Under the pieces are notes generated by a model, which saw nothing but the letters and a program-made list of their open reading frames with translations, had not been told where the DNA came from and ran no database searches. The position numbers and the translations under genes were made by a program. Shown one piece after another: positions 1-9,785 of a stretch of DNA of 64,000 nt (positions are counted from its first letter, which is position 1; the number at the start of each line of letters is the position of its first letter). The stretch lies in the IMG/VR virus record IMGVR_UViG_3300044797_000318, positions 74,672 through 138,671 of that record; one strand, written 5' to 3'. The DNA comes from a virus.

Positions 1-1
1 C

Positions 2-466
2 CGACCCCAAGATTTTAGAAAAGAAAACATTAACATTGATGGTAAACACTGGCATACAGATTATAATGTAAGGTTATTAGATAAAAAAGTTTATGCTAAT
101 GATCACGATGATTTTCATTTAATGGTTATTTCGTGGGGCGCCGGTTGTTCTACGGAGTTTATTGAAACACCCATGGACCTTCCTAATAATTTAGAATTGA
201 AAGATTCTAAAGAGAAATGGGAATTGTGGGATAGTGCACTTTCTAAAAAATTAGGAGAACCACATAAAGTAATTAAAGCTCAGAAGAATCAAATGGCTGA
301 ATATACTGCTAGAGATTTACACAGAGCCGATGGTATCGTGCACTCTCACGGATTACGATTAATGATTGTGGCGTTTGATTGCGATAGTATTGATGGTAAT
401 GTTCGAATTTTGCCCAGTATTAGAGATATAGATAACGGAATCCCAACGCCAATTTATTCAAGGTAA
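2..466 (+). CDS. Probable 2OG-Fe(II) dioxygenase-like protein, 5' truncated by window edge
   Basis: Frame is open from base 2 (RPQDFRKENINIDGKHWHTDY...), so it extends the listed 122 ORF; HxD (WHTD), distal His (DLHRA) and a downstream Arg (GLRLMIV). Confidence 0.55.
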   Translation, partial: RPQDFRKENINIDGKHWHTDYNVRLLDKKVYANDHDDFHLMVISWGAGCSTEFIETPMDLPNNLELKDSKEKWELWDSALSKKLGEPHKVIKAQKNQMAEYTARDLHRADGIVHSHGLRLMIVAFDCDSIDGNVRILPSIRDIDNGIPTPIYSR

Positions 467-1099
467 TAGGATACCATTATTTTTCTTTAAAATTACATTT
501 AAAGATAATGGAATAGAATTTTTCCCCAACTCATTAGGTGGAAAAGCGTCGATGTTTTGAATAGAAAATAGATCACCAAACAGCGCCTTATAACCATACT
601 CAGAAAACCTCCAACAATCTGGAATAGGTCCATGAATTTTAAACATATAAGGCGTATTAACAAATAATAATGAGTTGTCATTGGTTATTTTATATAATTC
701 TTGTGGAACAAGAAAAACTTTTGGTACGTGCTCTATAATACCTATTAAAATAACTATATCAAATGTTTCAGTCATAAAAGATAAATCTTCTATACTGCCA
801 ATATAATCCGCCTTCGATGATTGATCAATATCTAAAGTTCGATAATATATGTTATTTCTTGCGCATGTTTCTTCTATGATAGAGGTGGAAAATTGAGGAA
901 ACTCTTCCTCAACATATAATTTTGAGGAAGGGCCAACCTCCAACACTTTGAGCGTGTTATTGTTTTTCAGAAAACAGCATATATTTTCCGCAAACTCAAA
1001 CATGTGTTTTCTATAAACGTAATAATCGTCATCTTGACTGAAAAATTTTTGCTTGCGACCAGGTGCAATTTCCCTGTCGAATTTGAAGTCTGTATTCAT
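458..1099 (-). CDS. Class I SAM-dependent methyltransferase
   Basis: VLEVGP motif I, LDID, FDIVILIGIIEHV, IHGPIPDCWRF. Confidence 0.8.
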   Translation of the reverse strand: MNTDFKFDREIAPGRKQKFFSQDDDYYVYRKHMFEFAENICCFLKNNNTLKVLEVGPSSKLYVEEEFPQFSTSIIEETCARNNIYYRTLDIDQSSKADYIGSIEDLSFMTETFDIVILIGIIEHVPKVFLVPQELYKITNDNSLLFVNTPYMFKIHGPIPDCWRFSEYGYKALFGDLFSIQNIDAFPPNELGKNSIPLSLNVILKKNNGILLP

Positions 1100-1142
1100 A
1101 TTTCACCGTTCTTATTGGATATATATCTTGCAAGGAAGTAAG

Positions 1143-1766
1143 ATGAAAAAAATTTGTATCTATGGGGCGGGTGGCTTTGCCCACGAGGTGTTCTGGCTTG
1201 CTCATCAATGTGGCTGTGAAGTTGATGCCTTCATTGACATTCATTCGGGCGAAGATTATCATGGAGCACCAGTCAAAAATGAAAGTTATTTCAATAAAGA
1301 AAAGCACTTAGCGGTGGTGGCCGTAGGCAATCCAAAAATTCGAGAAAAGATTGTTAAGCAGATTATTGATCGCCACGGTATGACGGCTTTCACAACACTA
1401 GTTTCGCCTACAGCCAATCTTATGGGCCCTAATATTGAAGTTGGTCACGGCTCAGTTGTGTGTGCCAACTGTATCTTGACTTGCGATATTCAACTAGGTT
1501 CTTTCTCGCAACTAAATTTATCTACCACTATTGGCCATGACACGACAACTGGTGATTTTTTTACCACGGCCCCTGGCGTGCATGTTAGCGGTAAAGTAAC
1601 AGTTGGCCAAAGGGTTTATTTGGGCACTAATGCCTCTACGGTAGAGGGCATTACCATTTGTGATGATGTGACGATTGGGGCGGCAGCCTGCGTATCAAAA
1701 GACATACTAGAGGGCGGAGTATACGTGGGTGTACCCGCTAAGAAATTGGAGAAGAAAAATGGCTGA
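1143..1766 (+). CDS. NeuD/PglD/PerB-family sugar acetyltransferase (hexapeptide repeat)
   Basis: IYGAGGFAHEV N-domain, TIGHD catalytic His, hexapeptide repeats, VGVPAK; ATG at 1143 preferred over 1053. Confidence 0.9.
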   Translation: MKKICIYGAGGFAHEVFWLAHQCGCEVDAFIDIHSGEDYHGAPVKNESYFNKEKHLAVVAVGNPKIREKIVKQIIDRHGMTAFTTLVSPTANLMGPNIEVGHGSVVCANCILTCDIQLGSFSQLNLSTTIGHDTTTGDFFTTAPGVHVSGKVTVGQRVYLGTNASTVEGITICDDVTIGAAACVSKDILEGGVYVGVPAKKLEKKNG

Positions 1767-2064
1767 CACAATTGGTTCACTCATAGATAAACTAGCAACA
1801 GTAAACCAGAAGATGTTTCTGGCACAAGAAGAGTTATACGTTATTCGCAAGATGACCTTTGAACAATTCAAAAAATCTTACGGCACTGAAGAAGGGCTTC
1901 ATAAACTTTATACTGCTTTTAAGAAATCAACTGACCTCAACGTTCAAAGGCAGGCTATGATTCTAGAAGTTGATAAAAAAATTGCAGAGGTAGTAGTAGC
2001 TACCATAAAAGGCGAAGACCTTAACAACGGAACTTTTATTCAAGACCAACACAAGACTTACTAA
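1759..2064 (+). CDS. DUF4254-like small helical protein
   Basis: MADTIGSLIDKL start and DLNVQR motif; paralogue of 4947..5216. Confidence 0.6.
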   Translation: MADTIGSLIDKLATVNQKMFLAQEELYVIRKMTFEQFKKSYGTEEGLHKLYTAFKKSTDLNVQRQAMILEVDKKIAEVVVATIKGEDLNNGTFIQDQHKTY

Positions 2065-2065
2065 A

Positions 2066-2884
2066 ATGATAATTTCAACAACTATACCTGTGGGCCTAGG
2101 AGACCTTATTTATGTTAAGGCTATGCTGGATCCTATTAAAAATAAATGTAGTGAAATTAAAATTGCCTATCATAGGGAACTGGTAAATGTGTTTCGAAAC
2201 AAAAGCACATCTTATAATAAACTATTAGATGACTTTGGGCAGCTATTTTTTTCTGAATCACCATATGTTTTGACAGAACAAGGAGGGGAATTTAGAGGGG
2301 TAATGCGATTATCGACTGATTATGGTATCCAGCTTCAAAAACCCGAATTATCACACCTACTGTGCAAGGGGGCTCCTCTTAATATAGCTGATGAATATAT
2401 AGTCTTAACTACAAAAGTCAGGTATGTACCAAGAACAATATTCAATGAAAAATCTACTGAATTTTGGAATATGATCAATCAACTATCTAATAAGTATAAA
2501 ATTATACTATTAGGTGAAAGAGTTGTGGAAATGAATGCAGAATATCTACATCATACCGCCGAACATATATATGGCATATATGACGATATCATGTGTCATG
2601 TTCCATCAGAAAAATTAATAGATCTCACTATTCCAGCTCTTGGAATTGTTAATTCTGATATAGAACAAATTCAACAAGACTGTTTGATTATGAAAAATGC
2701 TAAATTCGTTATCACTTTGGGAGTTGGTGGAAATTTTTGTATGGCAACTGCCGTAGCCAACACCATAGGTTTTAGGGCTGATAAACATGATATATTTGAA
2801 GTTATATTTAACAGAGATTACAATGGCGCCATAATCACTAAGGAATGGCCGCGATTCATTGCAATTTTAAAACAATATTTGTAA
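2066..2884 (+). CDS. Putative GT-B (GT9-like) glycosyltransferase, paralogue 1
   Basis: GLGD N-terminal motif, FVITLGVGGNFCMA C-terminal motif, sugar-cluster context. Confidence 0.55.
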   Translation: MIISTTIPVGLGDLIYVKAMLDPIKNKCSEIKIAYHRELVNVFRNKSTSYNKLLDDFGQLFFSESPYVLTEQGGEFRGVMRLSTDYGIQLQKPELSHLLCKGAPLNIADEYIVLTTKVRYVPRTIFNEKSTEFWNMINQLSNKYKIILLGERVVEMNAEYLHHTAEHIYGIYDDIMCHVPSEKLIDLTIPALGIVNSDIEQIQQDCLIMKNAKFVITLGVGGNFCMATAVANTIGFRADKHDIFEVIFNRDYNGAIITKEWPRFIAILKQYL

Positions 2885-2899
2885 TTTGCCAGGAGTAAG

Positions 2900-3730
2900 A
2901 TGAGAATTTATAAAGCAAATATTGCACAAGGGATTGGAGATAACATTATGGCAAAATGTTATGCCGATCAAGTCAAAGACCAGTATGATCAAATCTACTT
3001 CACTCATCACGCGCCCATCGTTCAGAGAGAAAAAAATAATTCACCACAATACTGGAATTTTTTACATGAAGTAGGGCAGTTATTTTTCACTGAACCTCCT
3101 TATGTATACAATCAGGGTGAACACCCGTTTCGTGATGCAGAGGGATTAATATCAGATTTTAATATCGTTCCACAAAAACCTCAGGTATCACAATACAAAC
3201 ATTTACTATGCAAGGGGACATCTCTAAATTTACCAGAAGAGTATATAGTATTAACTACTAAAATTAGATATGTTGAAAGATCATTTTTCAATCAAATAGA
3301 ACCTCAACTATGGCAAACAATTAAAGAACTTTCCAATAAATATAAAATAGTAATATTAGGCGAACGACAAGTAGAAATGTGCCAAGATTATTTATATCAT
3401 GGGATAAATCAGATATATGGTATTTATCCAGAAATAATCAAAAATGTTTCAGCCGATCGAGTGTTAGATTTAACTATACCTGCGCTTGGTATTACTAGTC
3501 CAACCTTATCTCAAATACAACAAGATTGTCTTATTATGAGTGAGGCAAAATTGGTTATTACATTGGGCCTTGGTGGTAATGTTTGTATGGCCATTGCAAC
3601 ATCTAATGTAGTTGGTTATAGAAGAGATAATATCAAATGTGCTAATGATATCTACGATCAAAAATATTCAGATGCTATGGTTAGTAAAGATTGGAACGAA
3701 TTTATTACAGCGATAAAGAGTTATCTATGA
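2900..3730 (+). CDS. Putative GT-B (GT9-like) glycosyltransferase, paralogue 2
   Basis: GIGD motif; long blocks shared with the previous ORF (EYIVLTTK, DLTIPALG, QIQQDCLIM). Confidence 0.55.
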   Translation: MRIYKANIAQGIGDNIMAKCYADQVKDQYDQIYFTHHAPIVQREKNNSPQYWNFLHEVGQLFFTEPPYVYNQGEHPFRDAEGLISDFNIVPQKPQVSQYKHLLCKGTSLNLPEEYIVLTTKIRYVERSFFNQIEPQLWQTIKELSNKYKIVILGERQVEMCQDYLYHGINQIYGIYPEIIKNVSADRVLDLTIPALGITSPTLSQIQQDCLIMSEAKLVITLGLGGNVCMAIATSNVVGYRRDNIKCANDIYDQKYSDAMVSKDWNEFITAIKSYL

Positions 3731-4947
3731 TAAAAAATCTTTTTAGTTTAGGCAGCTTATATGTATCTGATTTTGTCAGGAATGACGAGTCTCCCAGGGG
3801 AGATAAAACTGAATTAAAATTGATGATGACAAATGGCGGTAATGTTCGCCTAGAAAAAAGTGCGCCACTGGATACTATGTATGGTAAATATTGGTATCGA
3901 TCTGGCATCAATAACTCAATGAAACAGGAGTTAAAAAACATTGTTGATTCAATTTTAGCCGTCAAGCAACTCAAAGAAAATGATATTTGGCTAGACATTG
4001 CCTGTAATGATGGAACCCTCTTTACTTTTTTACCCAAAGAACTAATTAAAATAGGTATCGATCCTGTGGATGATTCTTTTAAAAAAGAATCTGAGAAACA
4101 CGCAGATATTATTGTGCAAGATTATTTCACTGCCAACGCTTTTAAATCTACTAAATTTGGACATTTGAAAGCAAAAGTGATTACTTCTATTGCTATGTTT
4201 TATGATTTGGAAGAACCAGAGCCTTTTATTAAAGATGTGTATGAGGTGTTGGACGACAATGGTTTGTGGGTTTTGCAATTAAGCTATACCCCCTTAATGT
4301 TAGAGCAACTTGCTTTTGATAATATCTGTCATGAACATATTTTTTATTATTCTCTTTTTAACTTGAAAAATCTATTGGAAATAAATGGCTTTCAAATCGT
4401 AGATTGTCAACTCAACGATACCAATGGGGGATCATTCAGAGTATATGCTATGAAAGATAGTGCTAATGTAAAAACTTTTGCCACACAACCTTATAGAGAT
4501 ATTGGGCGTTTCAGAGTTGCCTCTATTTTATCACATGAAAAAACATTACACTTATCCGATGTAGAAACCTGGCAGCACTTCTATGACAGAATTAATCGGT
4601 TAAAAGAACGAACAGTGTCATTCATTAAACAAGAAAAAGCTAACGGCAAAAAAATATGGGGTTATGGCGCTTCTACCAAAGGTAACACGCTACTACAATA
4701 TTTTGGACTTGATTATACTTTGATAGATGGAATTGCCGAAAGAAGTGTTCATAAATTTGGGCTCAAAACAGTAGGGACTAATATACCAATTTACTCGGAA
4801 GATGAAATGAGAAAAGCCAAACCAGATTATCTTTTGGTTTTGCCCTGGCATTTCATCAATGAGTTTTGCGAAAGAGAAAGAGAATTTCTTTCCAAGGGCG
4901 GAAAGTTTATTGTTCCTTGCCCCAAATTTGAAATAATAGGATTATAA
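3727..4947 (+). CDS. NDP-hexose C-methyltransferase
   Basis: YWYRSG, LDIACNDGT, FDNICHEH, GYGASTKGNTLL, LVLPWHF, GGKFIVPCP; ATG at 3727 overlaps the upstream stop. Confidence 0.9.
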   Translation: MIKNLFSLGSLYVSDFVRNDESPRGDKTELKLMMTNGGNVRLEKSAPLDTMYGKYWYRSGINNSMKQELKNIVDSILAVKQLKENDIWLDIACNDGTLFTFLPKELIKIGIDPVDDSFKKESEKHADIIVQDYFTANAFKSTKFGHLKAKVITSIAMFYDLEEPEPFIKDVYEVLDDNGLWVLQLSYTPLMLEQLAFDNICHEHIFYYSLFNLKNLLEINGFQIVDCQLNDTNGGSFRVYAMKDSANVKTFATQPYRDIGRFRVASILSHEKTLHLSDVETWQHFYDRINRLKERTVSFIKQEKANGKKIWGYGASTKGNTLLQYFGLDYTLIDGIAERSVHKFGLKTVGTNIPIYSEDEMRKAKPDYLLVLPWHFINEFCEREREFLSKGGKFIVPCPKFEIIGL

Positions 4948-5216
4948 TGGAAACCATAGGTAATTTAATTGATAAACTAACAATTGCTAACATACGAATT
5001 TGGATGGCAGAAAATATCAAGAGAGATAGCCGGGCCACCGATGAAGAGGTAGCTAAGGCCGCTCGAACAACAAACACAGTAAACCAACTACGCAATGATC
5101 TCATTCAAGAAATTGATGAAAAAATAAATCACATGGTTGAGACGGGTGAGTTACAAAAATTATACAAACAGGGCTCAACTAAAATGTATGGAAAAAGTAA
5201 TGAAAGTAAATCATGA
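4947..5216 (+). CDS. DUF4254-like small helical protein
   Basis: METIGNLIDKLTIANIRIW...NQLRNDLIQEID. Confidence 0.65.
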   Translation: METIGNLIDKLTIANIRIWMAENIKRDSRATDEEVAKAARTTNTVNQLRNDLIQEIDEKINHMVETGELQKLYKQGSTKMYGKSNESKS

Positions 5217-6325
5217 TTCCTATCTATAAGCCATACCTTCCATCAGGTTCTCTCAAATACGCACATGAAGCGCTAGATTCCACTTGGTTGTCTTCACAGG
5301 GTAAATATTTGCCCATGGTTCAGGAAAAATTACAGGAATTGTTAGCTACCAAATATGTGCTTCCACTCAATAATGGAACTAGTGCTTGCCATTTAGTTGC
5401 TAAATGTTTATCTAAATTACGTGAAAAAGCATATGTAATTGTTCCCGATAACGTTTATGTGGCAGCTTGGAATGCTTTTCTTTTTGATGGTACCTTCGAT
5501 CTAATTACTATCAAAACAGATTTACTTACTTGGAATTATGATATGAACGAGTTAGATCAAGCCATTACGGATCGCCCTGATGCTGCTGTTCTCATCGTTC
5601 ACAATGTTGGTAATATCATCAACGTCCCAGAACTACAAAGAAAATATCCGACCACGCTTTTTGTAGAAGATAATTGTGAAGGGTTTTTAGGAACCTATGA
5701 GGGCGCTTATTCTGGTGCAGCCAGCTATGCCTCCGCTATTTCTTTCTTTGGAAACAAACTTGTAACTTCGGGGGAAGGTGGTTGTTTTATTACTAATGAT
5801 GAAGAGGCGTATCTTTTTGCTAAATGCGTGCAAGGACAAGGGCAGTCCGCCAAACGTTTTGTTCACAATGAATTAGGCTACAATTATCGTATGACCAATA
5901 TCCAAGCCGCCATTTTATACGGTCAGCTAGAAATATTACCACAGATCATGGAGATGAAAGAAGAAATTTTCTACGATTATCGTTTGGCTTTGGAACACCG
6001 AGAAGATATATTGTTCCAAGCCGTAGATCCAAACACCAAACATTCTAACTGGATGTTTGGCATTAGGGTGCTTGGCAATCGTAATTACGAAGAAGCAGAG
6101 GCTTATTTCAAACAGGCGGGCATTGAAATACGCCCTATGTTTTATCCAATCGATACTCACCAACACTTAAATAACAATTACACCACTCACATAGGTGACA
6201 CCACCAACGCCCGACTACTCAACCAAGAATGTTTTATCTTGCCGAGCTACCCCGAACTAACCGTAGCAGAACAAGCCTATATCCTTGATACCCTCAATCA
6301 TTATGTCAAAAGCATCGCTATATAA
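5213..6325 (+). CDS. DegT/DnrJ/EryC1/StrS PLP aminotransferase (perosamine synthase-like)
   Basis: NNGTSACH, VEDNCE, SFFGNKLVTSGEGG (PLP Lys), GYNYRMTNIQAA, LPSYP. Confidence 0.92.
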   Translation: MIPIYKPYLPSGSLKYAHEALDSTWLSSQGKYLPMVQEKLQELLATKYVLPLNNGTSACHLVAKCLSKLREKAYVIVPDNVYVAAWNAFLFDGTFDLITIKTDLLTWNYDMNELDQAITDRPDAAVLIVHNVGNIINVPELQRKYPTTLFVEDNCEGFLGTYEGAYSGAASYASAISFFGNKLVTSGEGGCFITNDEEAYLFAKCVQGQGQSAKRFVHNELGYNYRMTNIQAAILYGQLEILPQIMEMKEEIFYDYRLALEHREDILFQAVDPNTKHSNWMFGIRVLGNRNYEEAEAYFKQAGIEIRPMFYPIDTHQHLNNNYTTHIGDTTNARLLNQECFILPSYPELTVAEQAYILDTLNHYVKSIAI

Positions 6326-6331
6326 ACAGTT

Positions 6332-7330
6332 ATGAACACCGCTTGCATCACCGGAATTACAGGACAAACCGGCTCCTATTTATGCGATTTATTACTCAGC
6401 AAGGGATACAAAGTCTACGGCTTGAAACGTCGTAGTAGCTCGCTTAATACAGAACGCGTAGATCATGTGTATACCGATCTGCACCATGAGCACAACTTCG
6501 AGATGATGTATGGCGATCTAGCCGATTACTCTTCATTGTCTAGTTGGATTGGCGATCTCAAACCAGATTTGTTTTTCAATATGGGGGCGCAAAGCCATGT
6601 TCGTGTCAGCTTCGACATTCCCGAGTACACCATGGATGTAACTGGCACAGGAGTGGTTAGAGTGTTAGAGGCGCTACGCAAAAACAGTCCCAAGACCAAA
6701 TTCCTGACCGCTTCCAGCTCAGAGATGTTTGGCTCCAGTCCTCCTCCGCAAAACGAACAAACGCCCTTTCATCCTCGTAGCCCATATGGCGTAGCCAAGG
6801 TGGCTGGCTATTTCACTACACTCAACTATCGTGAAGCTTATGATATGCATGCTTGCAATGCTATTTCTTTCAACCACGAAAGTCCAAGACGTGGTGAAAC
6901 TTTCGTCACTCGAAAAATTACTCGTGCCGCTACCCGTATCAAACTCGGTTTGCAGGACAAGCTGTATCTTGGAAATTTGAGCGCACAGCGCGACTGGTCT
7001 CACGCTGCTGACGTGGCCCAAGCAATGTATAAAATTATCACAGCGCCTACACCAGATGATTATGTGATAGCTAGCGGGCAAATGCATTCAGTGGAAGAGT
7101 TTGCCCAATTAGTTTTTAGTAAACTGGATTTAGATTACTCTCAATATGTAGAGTTTGATCCACGTTATCTGCGCCCTTCCGAAGTTGATGCACTATGTGG
7201 CGATCCATCCAAGATCAAAAACCAATTAGGATGGGAGCCAATTTATAGTTTTGAGAATTTAATTGATGAAATGATTGCGTCCGATATGGAATTAGCTAAA
7301 CGAGAAAAAATATTGAAGGAACACCAATGA
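6332..7330 (+). CDS. gmd: GDP-mannose 4,6-dehydratase
   Basis: ITGITGQTGSYL, AQSHVRVSF, PRSPYGVAK, FNHESPRRGETFVTRKI. Confidence 0.97.
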   Translation: MNTACITGITGQTGSYLCDLLLSKGYKVYGLKRRSSSLNTERVDHVYTDLHHEHNFEMMYGDLADYSSLSSWIGDLKPDLFFNMGAQSHVRVSFDIPEYTMDVTGTGVVRVLEALRKNSPKTKFLTASSSEMFGSSPPPQNEQTPFHPRSPYGVAKVAGYFTTLNYREAYDMHACNAISFNHESPRRGETFVTRKITRAATRIKLGLQDKLYLGNLSAQRDWSHAADVAQAMYKIITAPTPDDYVIASGQMHSVEEFAQLVFSKLDLDYSQYVEFDPRYLRPSEVDALCGDPSKIKNQLGWEPIYSFENLIDEMIASDMELAKREKILKEHQ

Positions 7331-8247
7331 AGTTATTGATAACAGGAGGTGGTGGTTTTTTAGGCAAACATGTCTTAAAAGAATTTAATAATCAAAACAT
7401 TGATTACCTAGCTCCTAAATCATCTGAACTAAACTTATTAGATTTCAATACTTTATGTGATTACTTACAATTACATCATCCCACCACTATTTTACATATG
7501 GCCGCTATCTGTGGTGGTATAGTTAAAAACTTACATATTCCCGCTGATTTTCTTCGAGAAAATACTCAATTAGCCCTCAACATTTACGAAGGGGCTCGTC
7601 AGTGCAATATTACCAATATCTATTCACTTGGTAGTGTGTGCATGTATCCGCTACACTGTCCAACACCATTTAAGGAGGACGATATTTGGAATGGGGCAGC
7701 GGAGCCCACTAACTTCCCGTATGGTCAAGCTAAAAGAACCTTAATGATGTTGGGGCAAACATATCGCACGCAATATGGTTTCACTGGGGCTCATTTAATT
7801 CCCGTTAATATGTATGGACCTCACGACTCGTTTGACGATCAAAAAAGTCATGTCATTCCTGCCCTAATCAAAAAATTTCTTCACGCCAAAGAAAACGAAC
7901 TGCCGCAAGTTGAATGCCTGGGCACTGGAAAAGCCACTCGTGAATTTCTTTATGCGGGTGATGCTGCCCAAGCTATTGTTAAGGCAGTAAATACTAATCT
8001 CAATTATGATTTACCTATTAATTTGGGGGTGGGTAAAGATATCACTATTAAAAACTTGGCACACCTAATTAGCGATTTAATTGGTTATCAAGGCAACATT
8101 ATTTTCAATGATGATGGTTTAGATGGGCAACCAAAAAGATTGTTGGATGTGTCGCGAGCCAAAGAAGTATTAGGTTGGACAGCACATACCTCTTTAACAG
8201 ACGGTCTTCATAAAACTATTAAGTGGTATCACCAAAACAAATCTTAA
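7327..8247 (+). CDS. fcl: GDP-L-fucose synthase-like epimerase/reductase
   Basis: TGGGGFLG, GSVCMYP, YGQAK, PVNMYGPHD, SHVIPALI, GTGKATREFLY. Confidence 0.92.
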   Translation: MKLLITGGGGFLGKHVLKEFNNQNIDYLAPKSSELNLLDFNTLCDYLQLHHPTTILHMAAICGGIVKNLHIPADFLRENTQLALNIYEGARQCNITNIYSLGSVCMYPLHCPTPFKEDDIWNGAAEPTNFPYGQAKRTLMMLGQTYRTQYGFTGAHLIPVNMYGPHDSFDDQKSHVIPALIKKFLHAKENELPQVECLGTGKATREFLYAGDAAQAIVKAVNTNLNYDLPINLGVGKDITIKNLAHLISDLIGYQGNIIFNDDGLDGQPKRLLDVSRAKEVLGWTAHTSLTDGLHKTIKWYHQNKS

Positions 8248-8426
8248 TCAAGTGCCACTAATGGTCGTCTTCTAATGACCACTACTTCTGGCTCAGCTTT
8301 GGCTTCCACTTCTATGCCAGCGGAAGTATGTCCGCATTTTTGGCATTTGGTTTTCTTGTTGATGGCATGATCGTTTCCGATAACATCCACCTCTCCCTGA
8401 CAGAGGGAACATTTTAACAACTTCAT
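8244..8426 (-). CDS. Small Zn-ribbon protein
   Basis: CxxC...CxxC; coupled to the upstream gene. Confidence 0.55.
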   Translation of the reverse strand: MKLLKCSLCQGEVDVIGNDHAINKKTKCQKCGHTSAGIEVEAKAEPEVVVIRRRPLVALD

Positions 8427-8428
8427 AT

Positions 8429-8953
8429 TTACCTTAATTCATCATTTTCTTGACAACAAATAATGAACCTGTCGTCAAGTATTTTTTCCACTACGGGCTT
8501 AACATCGCGATACCAATCTAGCCCACCGATACCGCTACCAAAACGAACTCCGGCCACTCCCATCAACTGAAAACGGTCTGCGAAGATTTTCATTTCTTCG
8601 GCAGACCGTTGGATAAGTTCTATTTTGGCTCCGTCCATCAAATCATCAATGGTGGGGAAACTGAAAATTAGACATTTGAATTTTCTTTCTTTAATCTTTT
8701 TGAGATTGGGTTCTAAATATTCACCCCGTTCATTTAACATCCCAATAATAAATGGAACGTTTGTTTGAAAGTTTTTGAGGCATTTACCGAGCCTGAAGGC
8801 AGTTTCGGGCCACCTATCTGCACATTGACGGGCGGAACCGCCACCCATACATGCTCTACCATCTTCGGTATATTGGGAGTTGGTGGTTATGCAGATCGCA
8901 TTAACCATAGGATCAGATATGCAGTCAAATAAGTCTCTTTTAATTTCCTTCAT
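8429..8953 (-). CDS. Macrodomain protein (Poa1p/phage-type)
   Basis: DLF start, ICITTN, MGGGSARQ, FPT, GSGIGGLDW. Confidence 0.85.
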   Translation of the reverse strand: MKEIKRDLFDCISDPMVNAICITTNSQYTEDGRACMGGGSARQCADRWPETAFRLGKCLKNFQTNVPFIIGMLNERGEYLEPNLKKIKERKFKCLIFSFPTIDDLMDGAKIELIQRSAEEMKIFADRFQLMGVAGVRFGSGIGGLDWYRDVKPVVEKILDDRFIICCQENDELR

Positions 8954-8978
8954 TCATCGACCTCACTTATCGTATGTT

Positions 8979-9785
8979 TTATGTATATGTATATTTACAT
9001 ACATAATCGTTATGACATATACTATATGCTTGACCAATAGTAATATTATACTTTTTAATAATTTCTGAATATGTCATTCCATTATTTCTGTCACTTTTAA
9101 TTAGTGCCTGCCATTCTCGCTTACGAATTATTTCCATAATTTTTACTATTTTTTCGCTAAAAGCAATATGTTTACGATTTAAATATAAATCTGAATTATC
9201 ATATAAATAATGATAGAGCTTAATTAATCTTGGGCCATCACTTACGCAAATACTATATAATGTATTTTTACGATTATTTTCATTCTTCTTATGAGTATGC
9301 AATTCAATATTTATACCCACCTCTTCATTAAGAATTTGTTTTATCCTATTTAAAAAATCTCTTGATCCACTTACTATACCCCATTGATCTTTAATAAACC
9401 AACCATCTCCATCATAAACTCCCCTAATAAAATCTCTATTAAAATTGGCGTCAATATTTGGATATTTTAATATCAAACTTTTTCTAGACGGGCAACCTAA
9501 AAGACTTAATTGATCGCATAGTGATTTAGAACATATACGAAAAGTAGCATCTTCACCATATAAATATATATTATGATCTGCTGCCATTGATGTTTTAAAT
9601 TTATCTAAAATTTCTCTATCTTTTGCACGTATTTTAATTTTAAACTGATATTTATCATGCGTCCCATCGGCACAAATAAATCCAAAATAATACGCCTTTT
9701 CTTTCGAATCTATTTTAGAAAAATAGTTTTTATCAAATTTTAAATTATTCGTATAAGGCATGATCTTATGGCACAATATTACCAA
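8979..9785 (-). CDS. Double-motif LAGLIDADG homing endonuclease
   Basis: YYFGFICADG and FIRGVYDGDG motifs, YLNRK. Confidence 0.9.
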   Translation of the reverse strand: MVILCHKIMPYTNNLKFDKNYFSKIDSKEKAYYFGFICADGTHDKYQFKIKIRAKDREILDKFKTSMAADHNIYLYGEDATFRICSKSLCDQLSLLGCPSRKSLILKYPNIDANFNRDFIRGVYDGDGWFIKDQWGIVSGSRDFLNRIKQILNEEVGINIELHTHKKNENNRKNTLYSICVSDGPRLIKLYHYLYDNSDLYLNRKHIAFSEKIVKIMEIIRKREWQALIKSDRNNGMTYSEIIKKYNITIGQAYSICHNDYVCKYTYT

